Source: Alphaproteobacteria bacterium (lineage in GTDB: Bacteria; Pseudomonadota; Alphaproteobacteria; UBA2966). From it: a stretch of 64,000 nucleotides of DNA. Below, in pieces: positions 29,098-39,815 of the stretch; position 1 is the stretch's first letter; every line of letters starts with the position of its first letter. The stretch is from NCBI GenBank assembly GCA_964291395.2, contig OZ219858.1, positions 352,001-416,000 of the forward strand, given 5' to 3'. A program made the position numbers and the translations under genes. The notes under the pieces were generated by a model that was not told the origin of the DNA, ran no database searches, and saw nothing but the letters and a program-made list of their open reading frames with translations.

Positions 29098-29922
29098 TTA
29101 TTCGAATGCCGTGAAGATCTCGGTCAGCTCCGCGAAGGTAGCTCCCTCGGTCATGAGGTCGAAGGTTCCCTCCTCGCGAATTTCCCGAGCTGCTTTCATG
29201 AGGGCGCCCAGTGCCACGCGGGAGGCCGCGGAGCCGATACTGACCCGACGCACGCCCGCCTCGGCGAGTTCGCCGATGCTGTAGGTCGCACCGGGCGTTC
29301 CCATCAACGCGTTGACCGGCCGTCCCACCGACGTGCAGACCGTTCGGATGGTCTCCAGATCGGGAAGCGCCGGCGCATAGAGCGCATCGGCTCCCGCCTG
29401 CTCGAACGCCTGCAATCGCGCAATGGTGTCGGAAAGATCGGGATTGCCCCGCAGAAAGTTCTCGCACCGCGCCGTGAGGATGAAGTCATGGGGAAGGCTT
29501 CGTGCGGCCTCCACCGCGGCCTCGATCCTGTCGACGGCGAGCGCGAACTCGTAGAGCGGCCGGTCGTTGCGGTTCGTGAAGTCCTCGATGGAGCAGCCGG
29601 CCAGCCCCGCCATGGCCGCCGCGCGGACCGTCTCGGCGGCACTTTCCGGCGAGTCGCCGAATCCCTTCTCCAGGTCGGCGGAAACGGGCAGATCGGTCGC
29701 CCCGACGATGTCGCGGCAGTTCGCGAGGGTCTGTTCCCGCGGCACCGCGCCGTCATCGACTCCGAGGGAAAATGCCAGTCCGGCGCTCGTCGTGGCCAGG
29801 GCCTCGAACCCCATGGAAGCGAGGATGCGGGCCGTGCCGACATCCCAGGGATTGGGGATGACGAAGATGCCATCCCGCTCGTGAAGCGCCCGGAAACGCT
29901 CGTAGACGCTTCTATCGCTCAT
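29098..29922 (-). CDS. Isocitrate lyase/PEP mutase family protein
   Basis: PNPWDVG, ATTSAG, PVSADLEKGFG, GCSIED, LTARCENF, AGADALYAP. Confidence 0.9.
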   Translation of the reverse strand: MSDRSVYERFRALHERDGIFVIPNPWDVGTARILASMGFEALATTSAGLAFSLGVDDGAVPREQTLANCRDIVGATDLPVSADLEKGFGDSPESAAETVRAAAMAGLAGCSIEDFTNRNDRPLYEFALAVDRIEAAVEAARSLPHDFILTARCENFLRGNPDLSDTIARLQAFEQAGADALYAPALPDLETIRTVCTSVGRPVNALMGTPGATYSIGELAEAGVRRVSIGSAASRVALGALMKAAREIREEGTFDLMTEGATFAELTEIFTAFE

Positions 29923-29973
29923 CACTTTCTCCCCCCTTGTATGTCCTGGAGATGGCCCTCGCGGCGTCCCGGC

Positions 29974-30348
29974 CTAATCGAGCAACTCGCTGTTGTCGAC
30001 CTTGGTGACCAGCACCAGGCAGCCTTCAGGCGTATCGGTGAAGTGGGTGGTCCCCGGTTCGTACATCACGTAGTCGCCCGGTCCGATCCGGGTCCCGTCG
30101 CTATCGACAATGCTTCCTTCGAGAACGAAGAACTCATCGTAGCCGCCGTGCTGGTGAAGAGGCCCCTTCGTGCCCGGGTCGAGCTTGAGGAGATAGCGTC
30201 CGCCGCGACCGAGCTTGGCGTCGGCGCTCAGCGGAAACCAGCTCATGCTCGGGATGCTCTTGCCGTCCCGTTCGTAAGGGAGAAACTCCTGACCACCGGT
30301 CGCAAAGATGTGCCGCATGGACGTATCGAGGGGGTTCTCTCTGGCCAT
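29974..30348 (-). CDS. ChrR-like cupin domain protein
   Basis: PLHQHGGYDEFFVLEGSIVD...PGT.H cupin motifs. Confidence 0.82.
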   Translation of the reverse strand: MARENPLDTSMRHIFATGGQEFLPYERDGKSIPSMSWFPLSADAKLGRGGRYLLKLDPGTKGPLHQHGGYDEFFVLEGSIVDSDGTRIGPGDYVMYEPGTTHFTDTPEGCLVLVTKVDNSELLD

Positions 30349-30474
30349 CGCGCATCTCCTTCCGCCCCTGAGGGTCAATTCCGGTAAGATTGGCCGCACC
30401 ATTCAACCATATCGACGAAACATCCGCTGCAGAATCGGCAGTGCAACCCAAGCACCGTACCCGGTGAAACGTCC

Positions 30475-31482
30475 ATGGAATTCGCGTTCGGACTGGTACC
30501 CACTTCGGACCTCGAAGGCTTTGCCCGACTGATCGGACAAGCCGAAGGATGGGGCTTCGACGCAGCCTACGTCCCTGACCAGGGATTCCATCCCGACCCG
30601 TTCGTAGCCCTCGCGAGCCTCGCCACCACGCTCTCTCGAATCCGACTCGGAGTCGCCGTCACCAACCCGTACACGCGACATCCCGTGCAGACCGCCCGCG
30701 CCGCCGGCGCGCTGGCGAACTTGAGCGACGGACGGTTCATCCTCGGACTCGGTGCCGGCGAGGTCGGCGGATTGCGGGACCGCTTGGGCGCCGTGCGCGC
30801 GCCCTTCCTGCCCATCGTGGAGACGGCCATCGGAGCCATACGTGATCTTCTCGCCGGTCGGGAGGTATCCGTCGAAACCCCGGCGTTCGCGATCCGGAAC
30901 GTGCGGCTCGAGTTCGAGGTAGGGCATCGCGTGCCGATCTACCTGGCGACCACGGCGTTTGAAGGCTTCAAGCTGGCGGGGCGGATGGCGGACGGTTTGA
31001 TCCTGGCCGACATCACCGACCCCGACGCCATTGACGCCTGTCTCAAGGCGGTGGCCCAGGGAGCAGCCGAGGCCGGACGGTCTGCGGACGACGTCACCGT
31101 GGTGACCTGGATCACGACGATCGTGACTGACGATGCCTCCAGAACCCGGGATCATCTGCGCCGAATCATGGCGATGACCGTGTGCGCCTTCCATCGGGAT
31201 CTGCGGGCGATGATGGGGGTCGACGAAGATCACCGAACGCGGCTGCTGGAGGCGCTCAAGCGCGGTGGGGCGGCGCTCGATCCCGACCTGTTTCCCGACG
31301 AGCTATTCGACCGGGTCGGCATCGTGGGCAATGCCGGGCATTGCATCGAACGCCTGCGCGCAATCGAAGCCGGCGGCGGAGACCAATACGCCATCCGCAT
31401 GCCCGCCGCCGCGGCCGCCCTGGTGGACTACGGCGCGAACCTGCTAACTATCGCCGAACGCGTCATTCCGGATTTCAGGTAG
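30475..31482 (+). CDS. LLM-class oxidoreductase (Mer-like)
   Basis: AEGWGFD, DPFVAL, LGVAVTNPYTRHP, GRFILGLGAG, VPIYLA, AGRMADG. Confidence 0.88.
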   Translation: MEFAFGLVPTSDLEGFARLIGQAEGWGFDAAYVPDQGFHPDPFVALASLATTLSRIRLGVAVTNPYTRHPVQTARAAGALANLSDGRFILGLGAGEVGGLRDRLGAVRAPFLPIVETAIGAIRDLLAGREVSVETPAFAIRNVRLEFEVGHRVPIYLATTAFEGFKLAGRMADGLILADITDPDAIDACLKAVAQGAAEAGRSADDVTVVTWITTIVTDDASRTRDHLRRIMAMTVCAFHRDLRAMMGVDEDHRTRLLEALKRGGAALDPDLFPDELFDRVGIVGNAGHCIERLRAIEAGGGDQYAIRMPAAAAALVDYGANLLTIAERVIPDFR

Positions 31483-31530
31483 GCCCGGACGATCATCGAT
31501 GGTCTCATTTACGGCATACAGGGAGTGATT

Positions 31531-32361
31531 ATGTTGAAGGAGAGTCTCGGATTGGAGGGCAAGGCCGCCATCGTCACCGGCGGCGGCGCGGCGGGCGACG
31601 GTATCGGCAACGGACGCGCGGCGGCGATCATGCTCGCCCGGGCCGGCGCCCGCGTGCTGGTCGTCGATCGTTTCCTCGATCTGGCGGAGAACACGGTCGG
31701 GATGATCGAGGCCGAAGGCGGCGAAGCGGTCGCCCACCAGGCCGACCTCGGTCACGAAGATGAATGCCAAGGCGTGGTGGCCGCCGCGATGGAGCGGTTC
31801 GGCCGCCTCGACGTCCTCGACAACAACGTCGGCATCAGCAGCAAGGGCAGCGTTGTCGAGGAGGGCCGGGAAGCCTGGGAACAAGTCATGCGGGTCAACG
31901 TCGAAAGCGTTTTCCTGGCCTCGAAATACGCCGTGCCGGCGATGATTGAGAGCGGCGACGGCGGCGCCATCGTCAACATCGCCTCGACGGCCGCCATCCG
32001 GCCGCGCGGCATGACGGCCTATTCCACGTCGAAGGGCGCCATGATGTCGCTCACCCGTGCCATGGCGGTCGATCACGGCGCCGACGGCATCCGCGTCAAC
32101 TGCGTCCTGCCGGGCGCCATGCATACGCCACGGCTTTTCCACCGGGGCATGACGGACGAAGCGCGCGAGCGTCGCCGCAAGGCCTCCCTGTTGGGAATCG
32201 AGGGAGAAGGCTGGGACGTCGGCCGCACCGTCCTCTATCTCTGTTCGGAATGGGCGCGATACGTGACGGGACAGTGCCTCGTGGTCGACGGCGGCATGAG
32301 CCTGACCACGCGCCCACGGGGCTCGGGGGTCGAGGAGCGCCGCGGAGGGGCCCTGGCGTAG
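31531..32361 (+). CDS. Short-chain dehydrogenase/reductase (paralogue 1)
   Basis: TGGG-insert-GIGNG, NNVGI, YSTSK, GIRVNC.PG, VDGG. Confidence 0.93.
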   Translation: MLKESLGLEGKAAIVTGGGAAGDGIGNGRAAAIMLARAGARVLVVDRFLDLAENTVGMIEAEGGEAVAHQADLGHEDECQGVVAAAMERFGRLDVLDNNVGISSKGSVVEEGREAWEQVMRVNVESVFLASKYAVPAMIESGDGGAIVNIASTAAIRPRGMTAYSTSKGAMMSLTRAMAVDHGADGIRVNCVLPGAMHTPRLFHRGMTDEARERRRKASLLGIEGEGWDVGRTVLYLCSEWARYVTGQCLVVDGGMSLTTRPRGSGVEERRGGALA

Positions 32362-32376
32362 CAGGAGAGGCCGACC

Positions 32377-33198
32377 GTGTTGCAGGAAAGTCTGGGCCTG
32401 GAAGGGAAATGCGCCATCGTCGCCGGCGGCGGCGCGGCCGGTGACGGCATCGGCAACGGCCGGGCGGCGGCGATCCTGTTCGCCCGGGCCGGAGCGCGCG
32501 TGTTCGTCGTCGACCGAGACCTGGCGCCGGCCCGTCGCACCGTCGAGATGATCGAAGCCGAGGGCGGCGTCGCCGTGGCTCACGAGGCGGACCTCACGGA
32601 CGAGGCCCAGTGCGCGGCAATGGTCGCGGCAGCGGTCGATACGTTCGGCCGGGTCGACGCCCTTGACAACAACGTCGGCATCGCCGGCCGGGCCACGGTC
32701 GTGGACGAGACCCGGGAACGGTGGGCCCGCATGATGCGGATCAACGTCGAGGCCATGTTCCTGACCTCGAAGTACGCCATCCCCGCAATGACGGAAAGCG
32801 GCGGTGGCGCCATCGTCAACATCTCGTCGATCTCCGCCCTGCGCCCGCGTGGCCTCACCGCCTATTCGACGTCGAAGGGAGCGGTTATCGCGCTGACGCG
32901 CGGCATGGCCGTGGACCACGGTGCCGACGGCATCCGGGTGAATTGTATCGCACCGGGGGCGATGTACACGCCCATGGTCGTCACCGACGGCGTGGACGCC
33001 GAACTGCGCGAGGTCCGGCGCCGGTCTTCGTTGCTGGGGATCGAGGGTGAAGGCTGGGACATCGGCCACGCCGTCGTCTATCTCTGCTCCGACTGGGCCC
33101 GCTACATGACGGGCCAGACCCTGGTGGTCGACGGGGGTAATATCCTGACCACGCGTCCGCGGGACTCCGGAGTCGAGGAGCGCCGCGGCGGCGCGTGA
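32377..33198 (+). CDS. Short-chain dehydrogenase/reductase (paralogue 2)
   Basis: Same motifs; about 72% identical to the preceding gene by manual alignment. Confidence 0.93.
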   Translation: MLQESLGLEGKCAIVAGGGAAGDGIGNGRAAAILFARAGARVFVVDRDLAPARRTVEMIEAEGGVAVAHEADLTDEAQCAAMVAAAVDTFGRVDALDNNVGIAGRATVVDETRERWARMMRINVEAMFLTSKYAIPAMTESGGGAIVNISSISALRPRGLTAYSTSKGAVIALTRGMAVDHGADGIRVNCIAPGAMYTPMVVTDGVDAELREVRRRSSLLGIEGEGWDIGHAVVYLCSDWARYMTGQTLVVDGGNILTTRPRDSGVEERRGGA

Positions 33199-33370
33199 GC
33201 GTTTCTCGAACTCCCACTCCCAGCGGCATCCCTCCCGCTTGTCTTGGCTACGGAGGGAGCTGCGGCGGATAGGTCGGCACGGCAAGCCCGACGATATTGC
33301 TCGGCAATGTCTCCTGACCCAGGTAGCCCCGTCCGATCGATCAGGAACTCAAGGAGACGGGTGACAGGAC

Positions 33371-34174
33371 ATGACGACCAGACTGCGGGTTGTGGAATTC
33401 ATCGAGGGCAAACGGGCCCAGAGGTTCATCACGGTTTTGATCATCCTCAACGCCATCTCGCTCGGCCTGGAGACGTCACCCACGGTCATGGGCAAATTCG
33501 GCGATGCTCTCGGAACGTTCGATACGCTTGTGCTCGGGGTGTTCGTGATCGAGATCGCCGCAAAGCTGTTCGGGCGGGGCTTCGGGTTCTTTCGGGATGG
33601 CTGGAACATCTTCGATTTCCTGGTCGTCGGTATCGCCCTTCTCCCGGCCTCCGGTCCCTTGGCGGTGTTGCGCACGCTCCGCGTTCTCCGCGTCCTGCGC
33701 CTGATGTCGGTGGTGCCCCAGATGCGGACAGTGATCCAGGCGCTCATCACCGCCATCCCGGGCATGATCTCGATCATCGGGCTGATCACCCTGATCTTCT
33801 ACGTCTCCGCGGTATTGGCGACCAATTTCTTCGGCAGGAGCTTCGACGAATGGTTCGGCAGCGTCGGCGCCTCGATGTACAGCCTGTTCCAGATCATGAC
33901 CCTGGAGAGCTGGTCGATGGGCATCGTGCGGCCGGTGATGGTCGAATTTCCCCATGCCTGGGCTTTCTTCGTGCCGTTCATCCTGGTGACGAGCTTCGCC
34001 GTCATCAACCTGTTCATCGGCGTCATCGTGGACGCCATGCAGTCGCAGCACGCCGAGGAAGCCCGGGACATCGAGGTCCACATCGACGCGGATACGGAGT
34101 CCCTGCGCCGTGAGATGGCGGAGCTGCGTGCGGAGGTCGCCGGATTGCGGCGGGCGCTACAGGGAAGCCGTTAA
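33371..34174 (+). CDS. Bacterial voltage-gated sodium channel (BacNav/NaChBac family)
   Basis: Six hydrophobic segments, WNIFDF (S3), S4 RTLRVLRVLR, selectivity filter TLESWSM, NLFIGVIV (S6), C-terminal coiled coil. Confidence 0.93.
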   Translation: MTTRLRVVEFIEGKRAQRFITVLIILNAISLGLETSPTVMGKFGDALGTFDTLVLGVFVIEIAAKLFGRGFGFFRDGWNIFDFLVVGIALLPASGPLAVLRTLRVLRVLRLMSVVPQMRTVIQALITAIPGMISIIGLITLIFYVSAVLATNFFGRSFDEWFGSVGASMYSLFQIMTLESWSMGIVRPVMVEFPHAWAFFVPFILVTSFAVINLFIGVIVDAMQSQHAEEARDIEVHIDADTESLRREMAELRAEVAGLRRALQGSR

Positions 34175-35475
34175 CCCAGCACGGAAAAGCTGCTGTCGCG
34201 GTTGATCTCGCGGCGGCGGGAATAGAAGCCGAGGCTCACCGTCCGGTCGGTGTATCGAAGGTGGAACGTTGCGGGATCCAGATCGTGATCCCGACCCGCT
34301 TCGCACTCGGTGATCAAGCCGGCCATCATCTCCCCGGCGATGGGGGCATTCTTGAACTGATTGCCGCTGGTGCCGACCGCCATGTAGAACCCGGGCAGGT
34401 CCGACTTGTCGTAGATCGGGATCCAGTCGTCGGTGACGTCGTAGAGATCGACGACGCCCCCGCCGCTCTGCGGGATACGGAGGTTTGGCATGCGCTGGGC
34501 AAGACGCATGACCTGTACGTTCCACTGCTCGGTGAACTCGCGGTTGTAGTCGTCGGGATCGACCCACTGACGCTCGTCGCACTGGGGATCCTCGCTGCCG
34601 ATGAGGAGGTGGTTGCCGGTCTCGGGCCGGATGTAGACGCCGATCTCGTCGTCGGAAAACACCATGCCGGATTCCTCGAAATCGCAACCCGGAGGCGCCG
34701 GGACGTGGCACACCTCGTGGCGCAGCGCCCTGGTCGTGACGTTCATGCCTTCCTCCACCCCCGCCAAGCGATTTACCTTGCGGGAATGGGGTCCCGCGAC
34801 GTTGACGACGACGGGCGCATCGATCTCGTCACCTCCTTCGAGCGTGACCCCGGCGACGCGGCCCCCCGCCTGCCGAATCCCGGAGACCGCGGCGTTGAAG
34901 CGAAACACGGCGCCGGCCGCTTCGGCCGCGCGCTGCAGGTTGTGGGTCGCGAGCTGGGGATCGTTGACATAACCGCCGTCCGGAAAGAACACGCCGCCCG
35001 GCAGGGGCGGTCCGACGGGGTCGCCGAACGCCGGATCGTCCACCGGCTTCGTTTCACCGAAACTGTCGAGGACGACCGCCGGCAGGCGCTCTCGGACCTG
35101 ATCTCCGCTCCACTCCTCGTACGGGCAGCCGATCTCATCCATCAGGCGAATGGTGTTTGCCATATACCCGTTGGCCGGCGACTTCAAACGCAGGCAGCCG
35201 CAGTTGATATAGCGGGCCAGTCCGCGCTCGTCTTCGGCGCCCAGGAATTCCGCCCAGTTCCGCCAGTAGAAATGGCTCTCCCAGCCGATGGCACAGCCGT
35301 CGACGGTCGAATAGTAGGGCCGGACGATGGCGCAGGAACCGGAAGTCGAGCCGTATCCGGCCGCCGGCAGCCGGTCGACGCCGAGAGTCCTCACGCCCTT
35401 GCGCGCCAGAGCCAGAGCGGTGGCCGCCCCGACGATGCCTGCGCCGACAATGATCGCGTCGTAGGTGTCCGCCAC
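34171..35475 (-). CDS. FAD-dependent oxidoreductase, DAO/sarcosine oxidase family
   Basis: IVGAGIVG, GSTSGS, VVNVAGP, YDVTDDWIP, GTSGNQFK. Confidence 0.88.
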   Translation of the reverse strand: MADTYDAIIVGAGIVGAATALALARKGVRTLGVDRLPAAGYGSTSGSCAIVRPYYSTVDGCAIGWESHFYWRNWAEFLGAEDERGLARYINCGCLRLKSPANGYMANTIRLMDEIGCPYEEWSGDQVRERLPAVVLDSFGETKPVDDPAFGDPVGPPLPGGVFFPDGGYVNDPQLATHNLQRAAEAAGAVFRFNAAVSGIRQAGGRVAGVTLEGGDEIDAPVVVNVAGPHSRKVNRLAGVEEGMNVTTRALRHEVCHVPAPPGCDFEESGMVFSDDEIGVYIRPETGNHLLIGSEDPQCDERQWVDPDDYNREFTEQWNVQVMRLAQRMPNLRIPQSGGGVVDLYDVTDDWIPIYDKSDLPGFYMAVGTSGNQFKNAPIAGEMMAGLITECEAGRDHDLDPATFHLRYTDRTVSLGFYSRRREINRDSSFSVLG

Positions 35476-35753
35476 GCGTCTTCCCTCCCGCCGGCCGCGG
35501 TGCCTCCGAAGCGCCCTCGAACGGCCCGGCGTACGAAAGCCGAGACTACAGCCGTCCGCGTGCCCGCGCCACGTCTACGGGCGTTCTTCCGAAAGACCCG
35601 TCAAGAACCGCTGAATTCCGGGATTCTCCCAGTGACGACGTACGTGCGTGCGAAGATGAAGCCGCACAATTCGCACAACGTCGGAGGGAAAGTTTCCGGG
35701 GCGCTTCGCCGACCGGGCGCGATGTCTGGTCGCCGTGGAGGGCTGCCGCCGGG

Positions 35754-38201
35754 CTACGCCAAGATCCGTTTGCGTTCGGGATCGTAGAAGGCGGTAAGCG
35801 AGGCTCGGGCGGGGCAGCGTTTGCCGGCGATTTCGATGTCATAGCTGCCGGCCTCGATCCACTCCCGCGTGACGCCCGCTTCGTGGCCGACATAGCCCAT
35901 TCCGATGGCGGCACCGACCGTATGGCCGAACATGCCGGACGTGAGATACCCGACGATCTCGCCGTCCCGGTGAATCGGCTCGTAGTGGTAGAGCAGCGGC
36001 TCCGGGTCCTCCAGGGCGAACAGGACGAGGCGCTTGTTGACACCCGTTTCCCTCTGACGCAGTACGGCGTCTCGCCCGATGAATCCGGCATTCTTCCCGT
36101 GCGCCACGACGAAGCCGAGACCGGCTTCCTGCGGCGTGTCTTCGTCGCTGATGTCATGCCCCCAGTGCCGATACCCCTTTTCCATGCGGAGGGAGTTCAC
36201 CGCGTGGAACCCGACGGGTGTCAGCCCGACGTCCTGGCCCTGGGCCGTGAGCTCGTCATAGACGCCGGCCGCGAATTCGACCGGCACATAGAGCTCCCAG
36301 CCGAGCTCACCCACGTAGGTGATGCGGGTCGCGCGCGCCGTCGTGTAGCCGATGTCGATCTCACGGGATGCCGCGAAGGGGAAGGCGTCGTTGGCGAGAT
36401 CCGCGCTCGTGACCCGCGACAGCAGATCCCGCGCCTTCGGCCCCATGACGCCGAGGACGGCGTAAGCGGACGTCACGTCCGCGACCGTGGCCCGCGACCC
36501 GTCCGGAACGTGGCGGTTGAGCCAGTCGACATCCCGCACCTGGCTTTCCACCCCGGTCACGACGAGGAAGCGGTCTTCCGCGAGGCGCGTCACGGTGACG
36601 TCGGCTTCGATACCGCCACGGTCGTTGAGCCACTGCGTGTAGACGACACGGTCGACGGGAACCGCGACGTCGTTGGCGCAGATGTCGTTGAGCACCGACT
36701 CCGCGTCGGGACCGGAAACCAGGATTTTTCCGAAGCTGCTCTGATCGATCAGGCCGACACGTTCCCGGACCGCTCGATGCTCTTCCGCCGAATACCCGAA
36801 CCAGTTCTGGCGCTCCCAGGAATATTCGTACCGAGGCTCGACCCCTTGCGGCGCGTACCAGTTGGGACGCTCCCAGCCGGCCGCCTCCCCGAAGCAGGCC
36901 CGACGCGCCGCAAGCCGGTCGTGAAGGGGCGACTTGCGGATGCCGCGCGCCGTCACGAATTGCCGGAAGGGCCAATGCATGTCGTAGAGGAGGCCGAGCC
37001 CTTCGACGACGCGCTCCTCGAGGTATCGGGCGTTCCCCTGGAACGGCTGCATGCGGCGCACGTCGACCTCCCAGAGGTCCATGCTCGGATGGCCGTTGAC
37101 GATCCACTCGGCCAGCATCTTGCCCGCGCCCCCCGACGACCCGATGCCGATCGAATTGAATCCGCACGCGACATAGAAATTCCGAAGCTCGGGCGCCTCG
37201 CCGAGGAGGTAGCGGTCATCCGGCGTGAAGCTCTCCGGTCCGCAGAAAAAGGTCTGCACGCCCGTCTCCGCGAGGACGGGGATGCGATGCAGAGCGCTTT
37301 CCAGGATGGGCTCGAAGTGATCCCAATCCTCGGGTAGCTGATCGAACTCGAAGTCCTCGGGGATGCCGTCCATGCCCCAGGGCTTGGCCTCCTTTTCGAA
37401 GGCGCCGACGAGCAGCTTGCCCGCGTCCTCCTTGACGTAGACGCCCGCGTCCTGCTCGCGCAGCGAGGGAGAGTCGGGACTCAGGCCCTCGATCGGTTCG
37501 GTCATGATGTAGAAATGCTCGGCGGCATGCAGAGGCACGTTCACCCCCGCCATGCGGCCGACCTCGCGACCCCACATGCCGCCGCAATCAACGACGAACT
37601 CCGCGCGGATGTCGCCGTCGTCCGTCGCCACCCCCGTGGCCCGGCCGCCGCTCCGGCGTATGGCCGTGACCTTGGTATTCTCGAAGATCCGCGCGCCGCG
37701 CATGCGTGCGCCCTTGGCATACGCCAACGTCGTGTCGACGGGATTGGTTTGTCCTTCGCTCGGGATGAAGACGCCGCCGACCAGATCGTCCGCGTTCAAC
37801 AACGGCCACAGATCCAGGGCTTCGCCCGGGGACAGGACCTGCACCTCGAGACCGAAGCACCGGCCCATGGAGGCGTTGCGCTTGAGTTCGGTGAACCGCT
37901 CCTCGGCAGCCGTCACGAGCAAGGCCCCGTTCTGCTTGTAACCAGTGGCTTGCCCGGTTTCCTCTTCCAGCGACAGGAGCACCTCGGTGGTGTATTGGGC
38001 GAGGCGCGTCATGTTGAGCGTGGCGCGGAGTTGTCCGATCAGGCCCGCGGCATGCCACGTCGTCCCGCTGGTCAGGGACTTCCGCTCCAGCAAGACGACG
38101 TCGGTCCAGCCCGCCCGGGTCAAGTGATAGGCGACGCTGCAGCCGATCACGCCGCCGCCGATGATGACGACCCGGGCCTGCTCCGGCAGCTTGTTGGACA
38201 T
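35754..38201 (-). CDS. Dimethylglycine/sarcosine dehydrogenase-like flavoprotein with GcvT (THF-binding) domain
   Basis: [53 protein letters not shown]. Confidence 0.92.
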   Translation of the reverse strand: MSNKLPEQARVVIIGGGVIGCSVAYHLTRAGWTDVVLLERKSLTSGTTWHAAGLIGQLRATLNMTRLAQYTTEVLLSLEEETGQATGYKQNGALLVTAAEERFTELKRNASMGRCFGLEVQVLSPGEALDLWPLLNADDLVGGVFIPSEGQTNPVDTTLAYAKGARMRGARIFENTKVTAIRRSGGRATGVATDDGDIRAEFVVDCGGMWGREVGRMAGVNVPLHAAEHFYIMTEPIEGLSPDSPSLREQDAGVYVKEDAGKLLVGAFEKEAKPWGMDGIPEDFEFDQLPEDWDHFEPILESALHRIPVLAETGVQTFFCGPESFTPDDRYLLGEAPELRNFYVACGFNSIGIGSSGGAGKMLAEWIVNGHPSMDLWEVDVRRMQPFQGNARYLEERVVEGLGLLYDMHWPFRQFVTARGIRKSPLHDRLAARRACFGEAAGWERPNWYAPQGVEPRYEYSWERQNWFGYSAEEHRAVRERVGLIDQSSFGKILVSGPDAESVLNDICANDVAVPVDRVVYTQWLNDRGGIEADVTVTRLAEDRFLVVTGVESQVRDVDWLNRHVPDGSRATVADVTSAYAVLGVMGPKARDLLSRVTSADLANDAFPFAASREIDIGYTTARATRITYVGELGWELYVPVEFAAGVYDELTAQGQDVGLTPVGFHAVNSLRMEKGYRHWGHDISDEDTPQEAGLGFVVAHGKNAGFIGRDAVLRQRETGVNKRLVLFALEDPEPLLYHYEPIHRDGEIVGYLTSGMFGHTVGAAIGMGYVGHEAGVTREWIEAGSYDIEIAGKRCPARASLTAFYDPERKRILA

Positions 38202-38303
38202 GCGCACCTCACGCGTGTTGGACGATCATGGATAACGCGAGAGGTCCCCGCCCGGCAAGGGGAAGCCTTGAACCGCGGCGTGCCGACGGGGGATGATCGT
38301 CGG

Positions 38304-39806
38304 ATGGGTAACGGACGGGCGATCATCATCAGAGGCGGGCGCGTGCTCGACAGCGCCCGGCCCGAGGCGGAACTCGCCGACCTGCTGATCCAGGGCGATA
38401 CGATCCGGGACATCGGACCTCCCGGCCTTGCGGCACCGGAAGACGCCGTCCTCATCGACGCCGCCGACAAGCTCCTGCACCCCGGACTGATCAACGCTCA
38501 TACCCACGGCTACCATGCGGCGCACAAGGCGACGACGGACCGCTGGACCCTGGAGCGGTTCCTCGCGGCCAGTCCGTGGGTCAACGCGGACCTGAGCCTC
38601 GAAGCGAGCTATCTGTCGACCAAGATCGCGGCCCTGGAAATGGTGCTCAAGGGATGCACCGCCTGCTACGACCTGCCGTTGCCTATGCCGTTGCCGACCC
38701 CCGGGTCACTACAGGCCGTGGCACAGGCCTACGTCGACGTCGGCATGCGCGCCGTCATCGCGCCGATGGTGGCGAATATCTCGATCTTCCATGCCATCCC
38801 CGGGTTCATCGACGCGCTGCCGGCTGCGGTACGCGGCGACTTGGAGGCTCGCAAAGGGGCATCCGTCGACGTCATCCTCGGGCACAAGAAGGCCCTTTTT
38901 CAGAAATGGCAGCCGTCGAGCGATCTGGTTCGCCTGGCCGTTTCTCCCGCCATCGCCCACCACTGCACCACAGCGCTCTTCCAAGGGCTGGCGGCACTGG
39001 CTCGGGAATATGATGCCGGCCTGCACACCCACCTCGCCGAATCAAAGGTGCAGGCCGTAGCCGGTGTCAGACGTTTCGGCAAGACCCTGACGGCCCATCT
39101 CGACGAAATCGGCGTGCTCGGACCGAACGTGACGGTGGCCCACGGCGTTTGGCTCGACAGGGACGATATCCAACGGCTCAGCGACCAAGGCGTCTCGCTG
39201 GCGCACAATCCGGGCAGCAACATGCGGCTCGGCAACGGCATCGCTGACGTCCGCAGCATGCTGGACTGCGGCCTCACCGTCGGTATCGGCACGGACGGCG
39301 CGCGCGCCTCGGACCATCAAAACATGTACGAGGCGACGCGCCTCGCGGCTCTCATCTCCAAGGCCCGCGGTCCCGACGGACAAGACGGCCTTGCCGCAGC
39401 CGAGGCCTTCTACGCGGCGACACGGGGCAGCGCTCGGACCCTGGGGCTTCACGACGTCGGCCGGCTGGAGTCGGGATACAAGGCGGACATCGTTTTCCTC
39501 GACCTGAAATCCCTCAATTGGACGCCGATGAACGACCCCATCCTTCAGATCGTCCATGTCGAGGACGGTACCGCCGTCGACTCGGTGATGATCGGAGGAC
39601 ACTTGGTAGTCGAAAACGGCCGGCCCACCGGAACGGACCTGACCGCCCTGGCAGCCGAAGCCGAGCGCCTGGAGCCACGCCTTGCGGATCTGCTGGCGCA
39701 GAACAGCGAGATTCTCGCCGAGATCGAACAAGTCGGCGGCCGGTTCTGTGGCGCGCTGTCCGCCGAGCCCTACCGCGTGGACCGCCACGGCGTTCATCTC
39801 GAATGA
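38304..39806 (+). CDS. Metal-dependent amidohydrolase, AtzA/SsnA/MTA-deaminase-like (paralogue 1)
   Basis: PGLINAHTH, LHTHLAES, AHGVW, HNPGSN, GTDG, GYKAD. Confidence 0.9.
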   Translation: MGNGRAIIIRGGRVLDSARPEAELADLLIQGDTIRDIGPPGLAAPEDAVLIDAADKLLHPGLINAHTHGYHAAHKATTDRWTLERFLAASPWVNADLSLEASYLSTKIAALEMVLKGCTACYDLPLPMPLPTPGSLQAVAQAYVDVGMRAVIAPMVANISIFHAIPGFIDALPAAVRGDLEARKGASVDVILGHKKALFQKWQPSSDLVRLAVSPAIAHHCTTALFQGLAALAREYDAGLHTHLAESKVQAVAGVRRFGKTLTAHLDEIGVLGPNVTVAHGVWLDRDDIQRLSDQGVSLAHNPGSNMRLGNGIADVRSMLDCGLTVGIGTDGARASDHQNMYEATRLAALISKARGPDGQDGLAAAEAFYAATRGSARTLGLHDVGRLESGYKADIVFLDLKSLNWTPMNDPILQIVHVEDGTAVDSVMIGGHLVVENGRPTGTDLTALAAEAERLEPRLADLLAQNSEILAEIEQVGGRFCGALSAEPYRVDRHGVHLE

Positions 39807-39815
39807 GGAGTTGAG

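Noticed and set aside
26648-33198. Secondary-metabolite biosynthetic cluster (SnoaL-like, PEP mutase-like, SDRs, cupin)
   Set aside because: No PKS/NRPS/RiPP core. The ICL-family protein lacks the EDKxxxxxNS motif of true PEP mutases, so phosphonate biosynthesis is unsupported.
37515-38303. N-terminal extension of the 763-aa ORF
   Set aside because: Antisense to the GcvT-family gene; the real start at 38304 matches the paralogue's N-terminus.
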